A DNA stretch of 64,000 bases, taken from Methanobacteriota archaeon. GTDB taxonomy: Archaea > Thermoplasmatota > Thermoplasmata > SG8-5 > DAIRED01. Below are positions 35,170 through 44,836 of the stretch, one piece after another. The position numbers were made by a program, and so were the translations under genes. Position 1 is the first letter of the stretch; each line of letters begins with the position of its first letter. The DNA lies in assembly GCA_043799545.1 (NCBI GenBank), contig JAZDNO010000026.1, positions 76,340 through 140,339 on the forward strand, in the 5' to 3' direction. Under the pieces are notes generated by a model. The model did no database searches. It was given only the letters and a program-made list of their open reading frames with translations, and was not told the DNA's origin.

Positions 35170-38100
35170 TCAGACTTCGTACGCGCTCCCCTTCAACATC
35201 CACAGGTCGACATTTTCATTCTCGGGACTTCCCAGGATTTTATGGAGCAGCGAGCCGGGGACGTCTTCGAGATAGAGGCCGAAGTTCACGCGCCAGCGGC
35301 CCATGTCCTTGCCGACCAGAACTGCCAGCGCAGGGACGTTCGCCTCGATTCTTCCGACTAGCTTGAGCTGCGCCGGGGCCGAGCTTCCTGGCGCCAGCTT
35401 GCCCAGCATCTTCGGCGTAGATACAATGCCGTAGCCCTCGAATCGCAGGTAGAGATGTTCGGGCACGCCGGAATCGAGCCGCGGGAACTTTGCCGGAGCT
35501 GATGGCCGGACGAGGTTTTCGGCGAATGCCTCCAGCGAGCCGACGAGCCATTCGAGTATCTGCCTGGCTGTTTCGCCACCCTCGATAATAAAAGAGAGAG
35601 ACACCCCGCCGCCAACAGAACCGGAAGCATCCGTCAGTTCCACTTCAAGGAAGAACCTCACCTCGATTACCGAAGCCTCGACCAGGTCCAGCACGTCCTC
35701 CACGAACTTCTCTATCGTGGCGCGGGCGATGCCCACAAAATATTCGAAGGACATCTGGAGCCCCCCGGCTTCGTCCCAGGCCGACCGGAACGCCCTTTCC
35801 AGGGTCGCCATCACGAGCTGCCTGAAGGTGGCGTTCCCCGCCCCGTTCGAGGCGTTGAGCGTGCCCTGGCGGAACGCCCAGTCGAGCGAGAGGTCTGCGT
35901 CTGCGGCGTTCGGGGAGCGCTGCCACGTCGAAGCTCCGCCAGTTTCCGGAATTATCTGGTTCCCGACGAACGCCCCGGGCGGCTCTTTGAGCCAGTGAGT
36001 CGAATCTACGACCGCGCCCGATGGGTTCGCGAGGCTGAGGCGGCAGCCGCCGTCATCGAGCCGCTCGTCGGGCATCCCGACCACGAGGAAACCCCTCGCC
36101 GGAATACTGGAGCCTTCCCCGAGAACCACCGTCCTGTTGCCAAGCGTTCCGTTGCTGCAAGTGAAAATGGACCAGCCAGAAAGGTCTGCTTGTTCCTTGA
36201 ACGGGTTGAAAAGCTCGACGCGCTCGGTGCCGTTGTCGGAACCGCGGGGGTTGACCTCGACCTCGTTTATCACGATATGGTCCGGGAGGAAGCCAGGCTC
36301 GGAGTACGCCACCTCGAACCCCGCGTCGACGCTGGCCTTCGCGCCCAGGAACGGAATCGGGATGTTCTGCAGAACGGCGCCGACCCCGGCGATGTCCTGG
36401 AGCGAATATCCGAAAGTGTCGTACCTCCGCTCTGCGACCGGAAGCGCGAAATCCAGCTTCCATCCAGGAGCCCCCCCGTGCGCTTCCACCATGAATTCGC
36501 TCGCGGCCATCAAAGGGTCGATGGCGATGTCGATGGCGAAGCCGCCTGCGCCGACTTTCGCATCGAACAGAATGTCGTATTCCGAACCAGTCTGGTTTTT
36601 CGCTGCCCGCCCGAGCCTCAGAAGGCTCATGCCCATTCCGAGCCTGGCGCCCAGCAAATTGCCGCCGATTGTGAGGTCAAGGAGGGAAACGTCGTCGGCG
36701 GGGGAATTCTCATCCAGCGCCCCCTCCGGGTCGAACCGCGCTGTGAAACGGAAGCCGAACAGCTCGAAATCGATGGTAAGCCCGTCGGGCAGCCAGTCCA
36801 GCAACCAGCCCATGACTGAGTCGAGAACCTGCCTTGCGACGTCCTTGATGAACTCCTGCAGCATCTCCGCGGCCATCTGGACGACCTCCGAGATTATCTG
36901 CACTATGCGCTGGGCGCAGCTCAGGAGCCGGTTGAGAACGTTGCCCAGGATATCCACGAGTTTCGTGACCTGGTCAATGAGCCATTTTATCGGAGCCATA
37001 ATAGTGTCCAGGACCCAGGAGAAAAATTCTTTGACCATGTCCGCAAGCCTCCCCAGGTCTCCGGCCAGGGTGGCGCTGTTCACGTATTCCACGCCCACCA
37101 GGTCCCATCCGGAATAGACGCAAATCGAGATGCTGAACGATATCGGGACCCGCGCCTTGGCCTCGGTCGCGGCGTGGCTGCCGTCGTAGAACAGGTCGCG
37201 CTTGTCGCTCGCCGTTTCCACCCCGACTTCTCCGGAAACAGTCAGAGACCATGTCGTTTCGAAGGGCCTCGCGTTGTATTTCAACAGGTCCGTGTAGTGA
37301 GTTCCAGTCGGTTCGGAAAGAGCGTATGAAAACTCGCCGTCGGGCGCTGCCAGTCCGCCTGAAACGTCGAATGCGCCCAAGTGCGAGGGGGACATCCGGA
37401 CGCTCGGTCTCAGCTCGGCGATGACTCCGCCTTCGCTTTCGAGGGAGAAAACCGTCCCAAGCAGAGCAATCGGACGGAATGCCAGGTTCGCCACCTCGCC
37501 AGCTCCGACAATGGCTTTGATGCTCCGCAAGACGAAATCCTCGGCCGATGGAAAGAAACCCCAGTCATACGCCGCGCTGACGATTGTGTCGACAATGAAG
37601 TTGCCAGTCTCGAGCGCATCCGACTCCAACGCCTTGACGACGTATCCATTGCTCTGGCTGTACGGCCCGACGAAGCGCGATTCCTCCATTGCCAGGTAAA
37701 CGTAGCTCGATTGGGCGTAGGGGGTGGCAAACGAGTCCATGGCGGCGGCGTTCCCGTTGGCCAGCTCCGCCCGTATCGTCGGTTCTGCGGGAACTTCGTC
37801 GTAATCGTACGCCGGCCGTAGCTCGTCCACGTACCCTTGCGCCAGACCCGCCGCGTTGTAAACATTGTATGTCAGGACGGAATCGCTGTACGTCGTGGCC
37901 AGCGTCGCATTGCCCCAGAGCGCCGCGGCGAGGCTCGAAGCGGCAGAATCCACTGCGGCGCCCTCGTCCGCGAAGTCGCCGTAATGCAGCGAAATGAACC
38001 GCGCCAGGTCTTCCTTCAGCTTTTCCTGCCTGCCTATGACGCCCATCATGATTCCTTTCAGGGCGGCCCTGTTTGACGAGTAGTACCCGAAGCATTCGCC

Positions 38101-39900
38101 GGAGGCCGAATCCAGCATCCCAGTCAGGTCGTCCAGGAGCGACGCGTTGTCCAGCGGGTCGGGGGCGAATGCCCCGCCGGCGAAGCCGGAAAGGCTCGTG
38201 TCCCGCGCGGCGAAGTATCCGGCAACCTCCGCCGCGGCGTAGCTGCAGAGAGCTTTGATTTCCTCTCTCAGGGTGTCGTAGGTCAGGTCGACGTTTTCCG
38301 AGTAATTGTTGGCGTAGAAATCGTTCCACAGCGCCTCGTTGCCAGACCGCGTGAGATCGGCCTCCTCGAACTTGACGAGATAGCCCGCGGCGAAGCCAGC
38401 CTGCGCGCTCGTCTTCGTGGTCAGGCTGTAATCGAGCGAGCGTATCGTCAGAAGATGCTCCGTCCCGATGACATCCCCCGTTGCGTTCCTCACTTCGGCC
38501 GCGTCTTCATCGACGAGCGCGTCGCAGAGCATTTGATAGCTCGCCGATGCATCGACTTCGGTCAGCACATCGCTGACCATCAAGTTCGGCCTCCCATCTC
38601 CGCCGTGCGGGACGAGCCTTTGAGGCACATCGGTTTGCCGGGGCGGATATGCGCTCCCGAGCAACCTCATTGTTTTGTCGGTCCAGCGCATCGCCTGACC
38701 GGCGCCGTCGACATCCTCTCCATCGTCGCTTCCCAGCCATTGGCATAGCGTTTTTGCCGTTCCCTCCACGGCCTCGGCCAGGCTAGCGACGACTCCGTAT
38801 ACCTTGTCCGCGGCCTTCATGATTCCCAAGTAGTCCAAGAGCTTGAGGATGAACTGGTCTATTACCGCGTTGAAGCCCTGGGCCAGAATCATGTCGACAG
38901 GAACTTGGCGCGTGTCCAGCCCTCTGTGGAGGACCACGATGTCCGCAGGGTCGAGCGTGCCGTTCCATGCGTACTCCTGGACGAGCGAGCCGAGCGCACC
39001 GCCGTCTCCAAGCGCCGCAAGAGCGGCAGGGTCTGCGGCCCTCAAACGCCTGGCAATCTCCAGCACGACCCCCAGGTTCATAGCCAGCTCGACATCCGCC
39101 TGTGAAACGACTGAAGCGGTCGAACCGGGCGATCCCGCCAGCCCGCTGCCGTAGCCCTCAAGCACCTTGAACTGCGCCAGCGTCGTCAAGACGTATTTTA
39201 CGACGCGCGCTATGGGGGAGAATGCTCCATCCCCTCCGGCTGCGATGGTGTCCAGCTTTGCCCGGAGGAGAGGATAGGGCGTCTGAATCTCCCGCTCGAC
39301 CTCGATAGCCCTTTTCATTTTCATTCCATTCTCCGCCTCGACCGTCACTTCCGCGTGTCCTGCCACGGTGTAGAAAGACGGGAGCTCGGTTTCGTTCACC
39401 TCGTCCGGCCTTGCATTGTCGAGCGCGCTGCCCTCCGCCGCCGGAGCGTCTTCCTCCTGGCTCGTCACGATGTCCTCGCTGACGTTGCCGATGCTCTCCA
39501 CAGAATCCACGCACGACCGGTCGCTCGGCATCACCCAGACCGAGCATTCCTCAAGCGTCACTCTGCAACCGGAGAAGACCCCCGGAAAGGCGCCTGCCAG
39601 GTAGTCTGCGAAGCCGCTCTGGAATTCGCCGTCGATGCGCGTGGCGTTTTCGTAAAATTGAGTCGAGAGCGCCACCGCCCTCATGGCCTCCGAGTACGCA
39701 GCCGCCTCGATTTCCGAGCTGACCGATTCTGACACCCAGCTTAACCGCTCCAGGCTGAGGCGCGTTTCCCTGTCATCGGCGTAACGCTTCGTCAGCGCCG
39801 AGAGGTAGACCGTGCTCATTGTCGACAGCAGCAGTACCAGCACCGCCACGACGGCGAACGGTACGCGGCCCTTTGAATCCCAACGCTCGCCCCCGGCCAT
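35170..39900 (-). CDS. 1576-aa prepilin-like (class III signal) surface protein with lamin tail domain
   Basis: N-terminus WDSKG|RVPFAVVAVLVLLLS. LTD IVINEVEVNPRG...ERVELFNP...DLSGWSI...IPARGFLVV at about 35990-36283. Long amphipathic helical segments. Confidence 0.8.
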   Translation of the reverse strand: MAGGERWDSKGRVPFAVVAVLVLLLSTMSTVYLSALTKRYADDRETRLSLERLSWVSESVSSEIEAAAYSEAMRAVALSTQFYENATRIDGEFQSGFADYLAGAFPGVFSGCRVTLEECSVWVMPSDRSCVDSVESIGNVSEDIVTSQEEDAPAAEGSALDNARPDEVNETELPSFYTVAGHAEVTVEAENGMKMKRAIEVEREIQTPYPLLRAKLDTIAAGGDGAFSPIARVVKYVLTTLAQFKVLEGYGSGLAGSPGSTASVVSQADVELAMNLGVVLEIARRLRAADPAALAALGDGGALGSLVQEYAWNGTLDPADIVVLHRGLDTRQVPVDMILAQGFNAVIDQFILKLLDYLGIMKAADKVYGVVASLAEAVEGTAKTLCQWLGSDDGEDVDGAGQAMRWTDKTMRLLGSAYPPRQTDVPQRLVPHGGDGRPNLMVSDVLTEVDASASYQMLCDALVDEDAAEVRNATGDVIGTEHLLTIRSLDYSLTTKTSAQAGFAAGYLVKFEEADLTRSGNEALWNDFYANNYSENVDLTYDTLREEIKALCSYAAAEVAGYFAARDTSLSGFAGGAFAPDPLDNASLLDDLTGMLDSASGECFGYYSSNRAALKGIMMGVIGRQEKLKEDLARFISLHYGDFADEGAAVDSAASSLAAALWGNATLATTYSDSVLTYNVYNAAGLAQGYVDELRPAYDYDEVPAEPTIRAELANGNAAAMDSFATPYAQSSYVYLAMEESRFVGPYSQSNGYVVKALESDALETGNFIVDTIVSAAYDWGFFPSAEDFVLRSIKAIVGAGEVANLAFRPIALLGTVFSLESEGGVIAELRPSVRMSPSHLGAFDVSGGLAAPDGEFSYALSEPTGTHYTDLLKYNARPFETTWSLTVSGEVGVETASDKRDLFYDGSHAATEAKARVPISFSISICVYSGWDLVGVEYVNSATLAGDLGRLADMVKEFFSWVLDTIMAPIKWLIDQVTKLVDILGNVLNRLLSCAQRIVQIISEVVQMAAEMLQEFIKDVARQVLDSVMGWLLDWLPDGLTIDFELFGFRFTARFDPEGALDENSPADDVSLLDLTIGGNLLGARLGMGMSLLRLGRAAKNQTGSEYDILFDAKVGAGGFAIDIAIDPLMAASEFMVEAHGGAPGWKLDFALPVAERRYDTFGYSLQDIAGVGAVLQNIPIPFLGAKASVDAGFEVAYSEPGFLPDHIVINEVEVNPRGSDNGTERVELFNPFKEQADLSGWSIFTCSNGTLGNRTVVLGEGSSIPARGFLVVGMPDERLDDGGCRLSLANPSGAVVDSTHWLKEPPGAFVGNQIIPETGGASTWQRSPNAADADLSLDWAFRQGTLNASNGAGNATFRQLVMATLERAFRSAWDEAGGLQMSFEYFVGIARATIEKFVEDVLDLVEASVIEVRFFLEVELTDASGSVGGGVSLSFIIEGGETARQILEWLVGSLEAFAENLVRPSAPAKFPRLDSGVPEHLYLRFEGYGIVSTPKMLGKLAPGSSAPAQLKLVGRIEANVPALAVLVGKDMGRWRVNFGLYLEDVPGSLLHKILGSPENENVDLWMLKGSAYEV

Positions 39901-40419
39901 CTACGGCCTCCATGTGTGAAGGGTTATCCGCGCCCTGCCCGCATAGCCGTCGGCCATCTGCGGTTCTGAACTCGCCGAGAACCTCTGGATTCCCAGTTCG
40001 GAACCGATACTGAAGCTGGCGCTTCCGAGCGTTGCGTTTTCGTACACGCACTCGAGCCTCCATTCCCTGCCGTCGGCGAGCAAACCTGCGATTTCCGATA
40101 TATCGGCATTGCAGTTTTCAAAATTCGGGCTGTTGCTTGCCATCAACACAGCCAGTTCCTCCACGAGAACAGTCCCGACAGGCGCGCCCGGAACAATCAC
40201 CACTTCCCCTTGGAGTGTGTAACTGGCGTTCGCCAATGTCGTTCGCATGAGCGCGCCCAGCATCGTTCTTGCGTAGGCTATCTCGTCCGCCGCGTTCGAC
40301 GCGCGCGTTTCCCTGGCGAGCATCCCTGAGTATGCGTACAGGGACGAGGATGCCACCATCATTATCACTAGGAACGCCGTCGCGTCGAAGAGTGCGCTCT
40401 GGCCTCTGCGGTCGATCAT
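39901..40419 (-). CDS. Prepilin-like protein (class III signal peptide)
   Basis: MIDRRG|QSALFDATAFLVIMMVASS. ATG 40419 overlaps the upstream stop; its TAG abuts the ATG of the giant gene. Confidence 0.75.
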   Translation of the reverse strand: MIDRRGQSALFDATAFLVIMMVASSSLYAYSGMLARETRASNAADEIAYARTMLGALMRTTLANASYTLQGEVVIVPGAPVGTVLVEELAVLMASNSPNFENCNADISEIAGLLADGREWRLECVYENATLGSASFSIGSELGIQRFSASSEPQMADGYAGRARITLHTWRP

Positions 40420-40892
40420 CTTCCCAGCCCCCAGGCTTCTACGGTGAGCAGAGCCGGTTTCACAAAGCCTCCTTTGTCCACGAGGTTGCATGCCTTCGCA
40501 ATCCGGACCTTTTCTCCTCCAGTGTACTCCAAATCCGAAGAGAAAATCCACGCATCTGCCCCGGACAAATCCGAGAATGTGGCCTTGTATCCGAAACCCA
40601 TTTTAGAGGAATTATAGCGCGAATGGAACGTATCGGACGCGTTGGAATCCGAGAGCGATGCGATTTCGAACATCGCCAGCTTTCCGTTCCACGTCAATTC
40701 CGACTCCGCGCACAGCTGCACCGCGAAAGATTCGACGCGCTCCCGGTCGCGGATGGCCGACTGGCGCGAACCGTACGAGGCGTACGCCTGGGCCGCGCTC
40801 GCCACGAACAGCGATATTGCTACCAACACCACCAGCAGCGCCGGAAGCTCCTCTGCGAAGCCCCCGACGCCCTTCCCGTCCCACCGCCTCAT
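40416..40892 (-). CDS. Prepilin-like protein (class III signal peptide)
   Basis: MRRWDGKG|VGGFAEELPALLVVLVAISLF: basic leader, Gly cleavage site, hydrophobic helix. Confidence 0.75.
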   Translation of the reverse strand: MRRWDGKGVGGFAEELPALLVVLVAISLFVASAAQAYASYGSRQSAIRDRERVESFAVQLCAESELTWNGKLAMFEIASLSDSNASDTFHSRYNSSKMGFGYKATFSDLSGADAWIFSSDLEYTGGEKVRIAKACNLVDKGGFVKPALLTVEAWGLGR

Positions 40893-40926
40893 TCCACTCC
40901 GAGAAAGGAAACGGTGTAAAAAAAGA

Positions 40927-41988
40927 TTACTTTCTGTAATTCTGCAATTCTATCTTTACATCTGAATTTTCAGTGCTTGCCCACTCCATCTTGCCGCGTG
41001 TCTTCGCCCTCAGCTCCCTGATGGCCTCCATCGATTCCTCGGTCAGCCTTTCCCATTCGTAGCTCTCCGGCTCGCTGCACCAGGCGCGCACGAGTTCCTT
41101 CCTGTCCTCCTCCGAGAGCGAGCCGACGATTAGCCAGAAGTCGTACATCTCGTAGTAGAGGCTGCGCTCCTTCGTCTCCCGCCCAGTGACCGCCATCGCC
41201 GTCCAGTCCGCGATTCCTTCGTCTATCCACTCGCAGCGCAAACGCGTTCCTGGCTTTTTCTTCTCGTGCACGTATGCGTGCGCGTGCTCGTGGACTTCGT
41301 GGAACTCCCCCGCTTTCTCGTGGAGCAGGATCCCTTCCGGCACTGGCGTCCCGTCCGGCATCGAGGAGCTTCGCGGCATGAACAAAGCGCTCAACGCGAT
41401 GAACGCCGGGACAGGCGGGGCGACTGCGTCGAAGAGGTGGCAGTCCGCGCAGTTCGTGCGTTTGGCCTGGGGCGCGCCCTCGATTTCAAGCCACGAAGGA
41501 TAGTAAGCCAGATGCGCGAAGAATGTGTCGATGAGCTTTCTCTGGAGGAGGTTCCATTTCATGGAAAAGTCTATCGCCTTTGCGAAGTCCCGCATGTCTT
41601 CCTCGCCGTACGTTTCGAGCTCCGCCAGCAGAATATCGATGCCCTCGAACTGAGCCCTCATCAGGTTCCTGAAATCGCCGCTGTAGCAGAATGTGCCGGG
41701 TGTACCTTCGTGGCCGGAAACGCAATGCCGCCAGGCTGCGAGATAAGAACGCGCGGAATCCAGCATCTCCCTCGCCTCGCCGTAACGTCCCAGGATTCTC
41801 TTTTGCACAGCCAGCTTCTGCATGAAATCCGCCCTGCAGATGGAAGTCGGATACGGCACGTACTCTCCGATTCCCAGCGCCTCCTCCAAACCTCCTCGCA
41901 TCCTGAACTCGGACGGGCGCGCGGGCTTTTGCGAAACGATTTCGACCAGCCCGCCGCAACCGGGCAATTTCCGGGCCACCACCCTCAC
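40927..41988 (-). CDS. Hypothetical protein with gluzincin-like HExxH metallopeptidase motif
   Basis: HEVHEHAH followed by EWIDEGIADW; GTG start overlaps the GNAT stop. Confidence 0.65.
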   Translation of the reverse strand: MRVVARKLPGCGGLVEIVSQKPARPSEFRMRGGLEEALGIGEYVPYPTSICRADFMQKLAVQKRILGRYGEAREMLDSARSYLAAWRHCVSGHEGTPGTFCYSGDFRNLMRAQFEGIDILLAELETYGEEDMRDFAKAIDFSMKWNLLQRKLIDTFFAHLAYYPSWLEIEGAPQAKRTNCADCHLFDAVAPPVPAFIALSALFMPRSSSMPDGTPVPEGILLHEKAGEFHEVHEHAHAYVHEKKKPGTRLRCEWIDEGIADWTAMAVTGRETKERSLYYEMYDFWLIVGSLSEEDRKELVRAWCSEPESYEWERLTEESMEAIRELRAKTRGKMEWASTENSDVKIELQNYRK

Positions 41989-42464
41989 CTCTCCGCGCGG
42001 TCCAGCCGCCTCTCCATCATCAGCAGCTCCTCGTCCATGCCGGCCTTCCTGTAGAATTCGAGAGCCCTGAGATTCTTCGGCTTGACCGGGATGTGCATCG
42101 CAACGACGCCGCGCCGTTTGGCTTCCTCCATAAGGTTCTCCAGAAGCTTTGTTCCGAGCCCTTTCCCCCTCTGAGCTTCACGCACGTAGAGGTTGTTCAG
42201 GTAACCGCTCAACCCCCCGTGGAGGAACTCCGGGTATGCCCAGAAATCGGCCATCCCGACCAGATTTCCCTTCTCCTCGGCAACGACGATGTAATGCTTT
42301 TCGTCGCCGAGGCCTTGGCGGAGGACTTTTTTGAAAGCCGCTTTTGGCGGGGGGGTTTCCATGAGCGTATCGTCCAGCTTGATGAGGTAGCCTTCGAACT
42401 CGTAGGCCATCTCGGCCATCTCGTCCACGTCCTTCAGCGTTGCGCGTCGGATTTTCATTTCCAT
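41985..42464 (-). CDS. GNAT family N-acetyltransferase
   Basis: IRRATLKD, YLNNLYVREAQRGKGLGTKL, NLRALEFY. Confidence 0.92.
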   Translation of the reverse strand: MEMKIRRATLKDVDEMAEMAYEFEGYLIKLDDTLMETPPPKAAFKKVLRQGLGDEKHYIVVAEEKGNLVGMADFWAYPEFLHGGLSGYLNNLYVREAQRGKGLGTKLLENLMEEAKRRGVVAMHIPVKPKNLRALEFYRKAGMDEELLMMERRLDRAER

Positions 42465-42480
42465 GCCTCCCTTCGCAGCA

Positions 42481-43560
42481 TCATTTGCCCACCGCCATCA
42501 ATTCCCTCACCGGGGAGACCAGCTTCCCGCACCCGTGCCACAGCGGATCGCACGCCGGCAGGCCGTATGTCTTTTCCCACTCAGCGACTGCGGCGTCGGC
42601 TCCCGCCCTGTCCATCCCCTCGTGGTTGAGCGTCAGCGCGATGACGTCGGCGCCCGTGAACGCCCTCACGAGCAGCCTCTCGGCCTCAATCGTGGACGGC
42701 GGCATGTTCAGCTCCGGATGATAGTTGCGGTGAGTCCTCCGCGGCGCGTGCTGCATCACGACTCCAGATGGATGGCTCGCCATTGCGATCGCCCTGCTCC
42801 CGCATACGTACGCCGGATGAGACAAAGCTCCCTGGCCCTCGATTACGATAACTTCAGGCTTCTCGGCCTCCCAAGCGCACATTATCGCGTTCTCAAGCTC
42901 GCCGACGATGAAGTCGCCGGGAATCGAATCGAGAGGGACGCCGTACTTCGACCCCTGAAGCAGACCCGTCTGGCCAGTCGCCAAGAAAACCGTCTTGATG
43001 CCGTCTTTGTTCAGCGCGTCCGTGAGCTCCCAGGCGGTCGTGCGCTTGCCTATTGCGCTGTCCGTGCCCAGCACGGGAATCCGAAGCGCGGGGATGTGAC
43101 GCGCGCGGTCCGCGAAATGGTGGCGCTGGCCGAGCGGCGGGGGCCTGCGAATGTCGAGAAGTGTCACGCCGTGTTCCTTTGCCAGCTGCGAGAGTTCCTG
43201 GTTCTCCGAGAGATATTCGTGAAGCCCCGACACCACATCCATGCCTGAGTCTATGGCTTTGCGAATCGCCGGCAAGAATTCAGGCGGCAGCATCCCGCCG
43301 ACCGTGGCCACGCCTATGATGAGCGCCTTCGGCTTGGTCGTTTCCAAAGCTTCTGGCAGGGATTTGAAGACGGGTATGCCGCTTCTTTTTCCGTCGATGA
43401 TTTCGCCCGCGTCTTTTCCGGCCTTCGTGCTGTCCAGTATCCCGACGATGCGGTACTTGTAGGAGCGCCTGACGAGCCCCGCGGCGGTCTTGCCGGTGGT
43501 CGTGCCGAACTTGCCTTCGCAGAGGACTAGCGCGTCGAGCATCGCTGGCGAATCACACAT
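42481..43560 (-). CDS. DUF1611 domain protein (P-loop; D-glutamate N-acetyltransferase DgcN-like family)
   Basis: GKTAAGL, VVSGLH, VLGTDSAIGKRTT, ATGQTG, EGQGALSHP; start 43560 (or 43542). Confidence 0.88.
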   Translation of the reverse strand: MCDSPAMLDALVLCEGKFGTTTGKTAAGLVRRSYKYRIVGILDSTKAGKDAGEIIDGKRSGIPVFKSLPEALETTKPKALIIGVATVGGMLPPEFLPAIRKAIDSGMDVVSGLHEYLSENQELSQLAKEHGVTLLDIRRPPPLGQRHHFADRARHIPALRIPVLGTDSAIGKRTTAWELTDALNKDGIKTVFLATGQTGLLQGSKYGVPLDSIPGDFIVGELENAIMCAWEAEKPEVIVIEGQGALSHPAYVCGSRAIAMASHPSGVVMQHAPRRTHRNYHPELNMPPSTIEAERLLVRAFTGADVIALTLNHEGMDRAGADAAVAEWEKTYGLPACDPLWHGCGKLVSPVRELMAVGK

Positions 43561-43580
43561 GATGGATAAGAAGCTTGGCA

Positions 43581-43610
43581 AAGTATATATTTTAACGCAA
43601 CCTTTAAATT
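43581..43610. promoter_or_regulatory. Divergent TATA boxes for DUF1611 (minus) and coaBC (plus)
   Basis: AAGTATATATTTTAA and CTTTAAAT, each about 25 bp from its ATG. Confidence 0.6.
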
Positions 43611-43632
43611 CCCCGAGCCGCTGACACATTTC

Positions 43633-44829
43633 ATGCACCCGAGCGAGGAGATTAGGGGGACCATCGACTCGAAGCTCGCCGGCAGGAGAATCGTTCTTGG
43701 CATAACGGGCAGCATTGCCGCCGTCAACTGCGTCAAGCTTGCCAGGCTTCTCATCAGAAGGGGGGCGGACGTCATCCCCGTCATGTCGTACGCGGCGACG
43801 AAAATAGTGCATCCAGATGCAATCCATTTCGCCTGCGGGCGCAAACCAATCTTGGAGCTGACGGGGGAGGCGGAGCACGTGTCGCTCTGCGGCCAGGTGC
43901 CGGACAAGGCCGACCTTCTCCTGATTGCCCCCGCAACGGCGAACACGATTTCCAAGATGGCCTGCGGGATAGACGACACCACCGTCACCACGTTCGCGAC
44001 GACGGCAATCGGCACGGGAATCCCCGTCCTGGTCGTTCCGGCCATGCACGGGAGCATGTACGGTCATCCGATTGTCCAGGAGAACATCGAACGGCTCAAG
44101 GCGATAGGCGTCCACTTCGCTGGACCGGTCATGGAGGCGCAGAGGGCGCGGATGGCTGAGGACATCGAGGTGTCCTCCATGGTGGCCAGGGTGCTCTCGG
44201 GCATGCCGCTCGCTGGCAAAAGGGTCGCCATCATCTCCGGAGGTTTCTCTGCGCCCTGGGACGACGTGCGCGCCATCACCAGCAAGGCCTCGGGCGAGAC
44301 GGGCGTAGCGCTCGCGGTCGAAGCCTACGTGCGCGGCGCGGAGGTCCTGCTCCTCATGGCTGGTCAGGCTGAGATACCGGCTTTCATCAACAGCGACCGC
44401 GTGGACACAGTAGACGAGCTGTCGGAACTGGTCGGGGGGCTCCGCGCGGAGGCGATAATAGTGCCCGCGGCGATTCCGGATTACGCGCCGGAGCAGGTGA
44501 AAGGAAAGGTTTCCTCGGACAGCGAAAAGCTCAATCTGAGCTTGAAAAAGGTGCCGAAAATTCTGGGAATCATCCGGAAGCAGCACAAGGGCGTCCTCGT
44601 CGGGTTCAAGGCCGAGTCAGGCGTCTCTGAAGCAGAGCTGGTGAAGCGCGCCAAGGCCAGGATGAGGGAGCACAGGCTCGACCTCATCGTAGCGAACGAC
44701 GTGAGAAAGGTCAAACCCGGCCAGGCCGACTCCGTCATAATCGGCGGGAAGACGCGCAACGTGAAGGGGACGAGGAAGGAGCTGGCCATCGCAGTGATTG
44801 ACGAAGTCCAGCGGCTTCTGGAGAAGTGA
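43633..44829 (+). CDS. coaBC: Bifunctional phosphopantothenoylcysteine decarboxylase / phosphopantothenate--cysteine ligase
   Basis: LGITGSIAA, APATANTISKMACGIDD, PAMH, DDVRAITSKASG, VGFKAE, IVANDV. Confidence 0.96.
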   Translation: MHPSEEIRGTIDSKLAGRRIVLGITGSIAAVNCVKLARLLIRRGADVIPVMSYAATKIVHPDAIHFACGRKPILELTGEAEHVSLCGQVPDKADLLLIAPATANTISKMACGIDDTTVTTFATTAIGTGIPVLVVPAMHGSMYGHPIVQENIERLKAIGVHFAGPVMEAQRARMAEDIEVSSMVARVLSGMPLAGKRVAIISGGFSAPWDDVRAITSKASGETGVALAVEAYVRGAEVLLLMAGQAEIPAFINSDRVDTVDELSELVGGLRAEAIIVPAAIPDYAPEQVKGKVSSDSEKLNLSLKKVPKILGIIRKQHKGVLVGFKAESGVSEAELVKRAKARMREHRLDLIVANDVRKVKPGQADSVIIGGKTRNVKGTRKELAIAVIDEVQRLLEK

Positions 44830-44836
44830 ACTCTGG

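Noticed and set aside
42481-44586. 701-aa and other N-terminally extended ORF calls (also 47548-49338, 14003-14905, 16456-17562, 33941-34831)
   Set aside because: The extensions overlap genuine neighbouring genes; motif-based starts lie further downstream.
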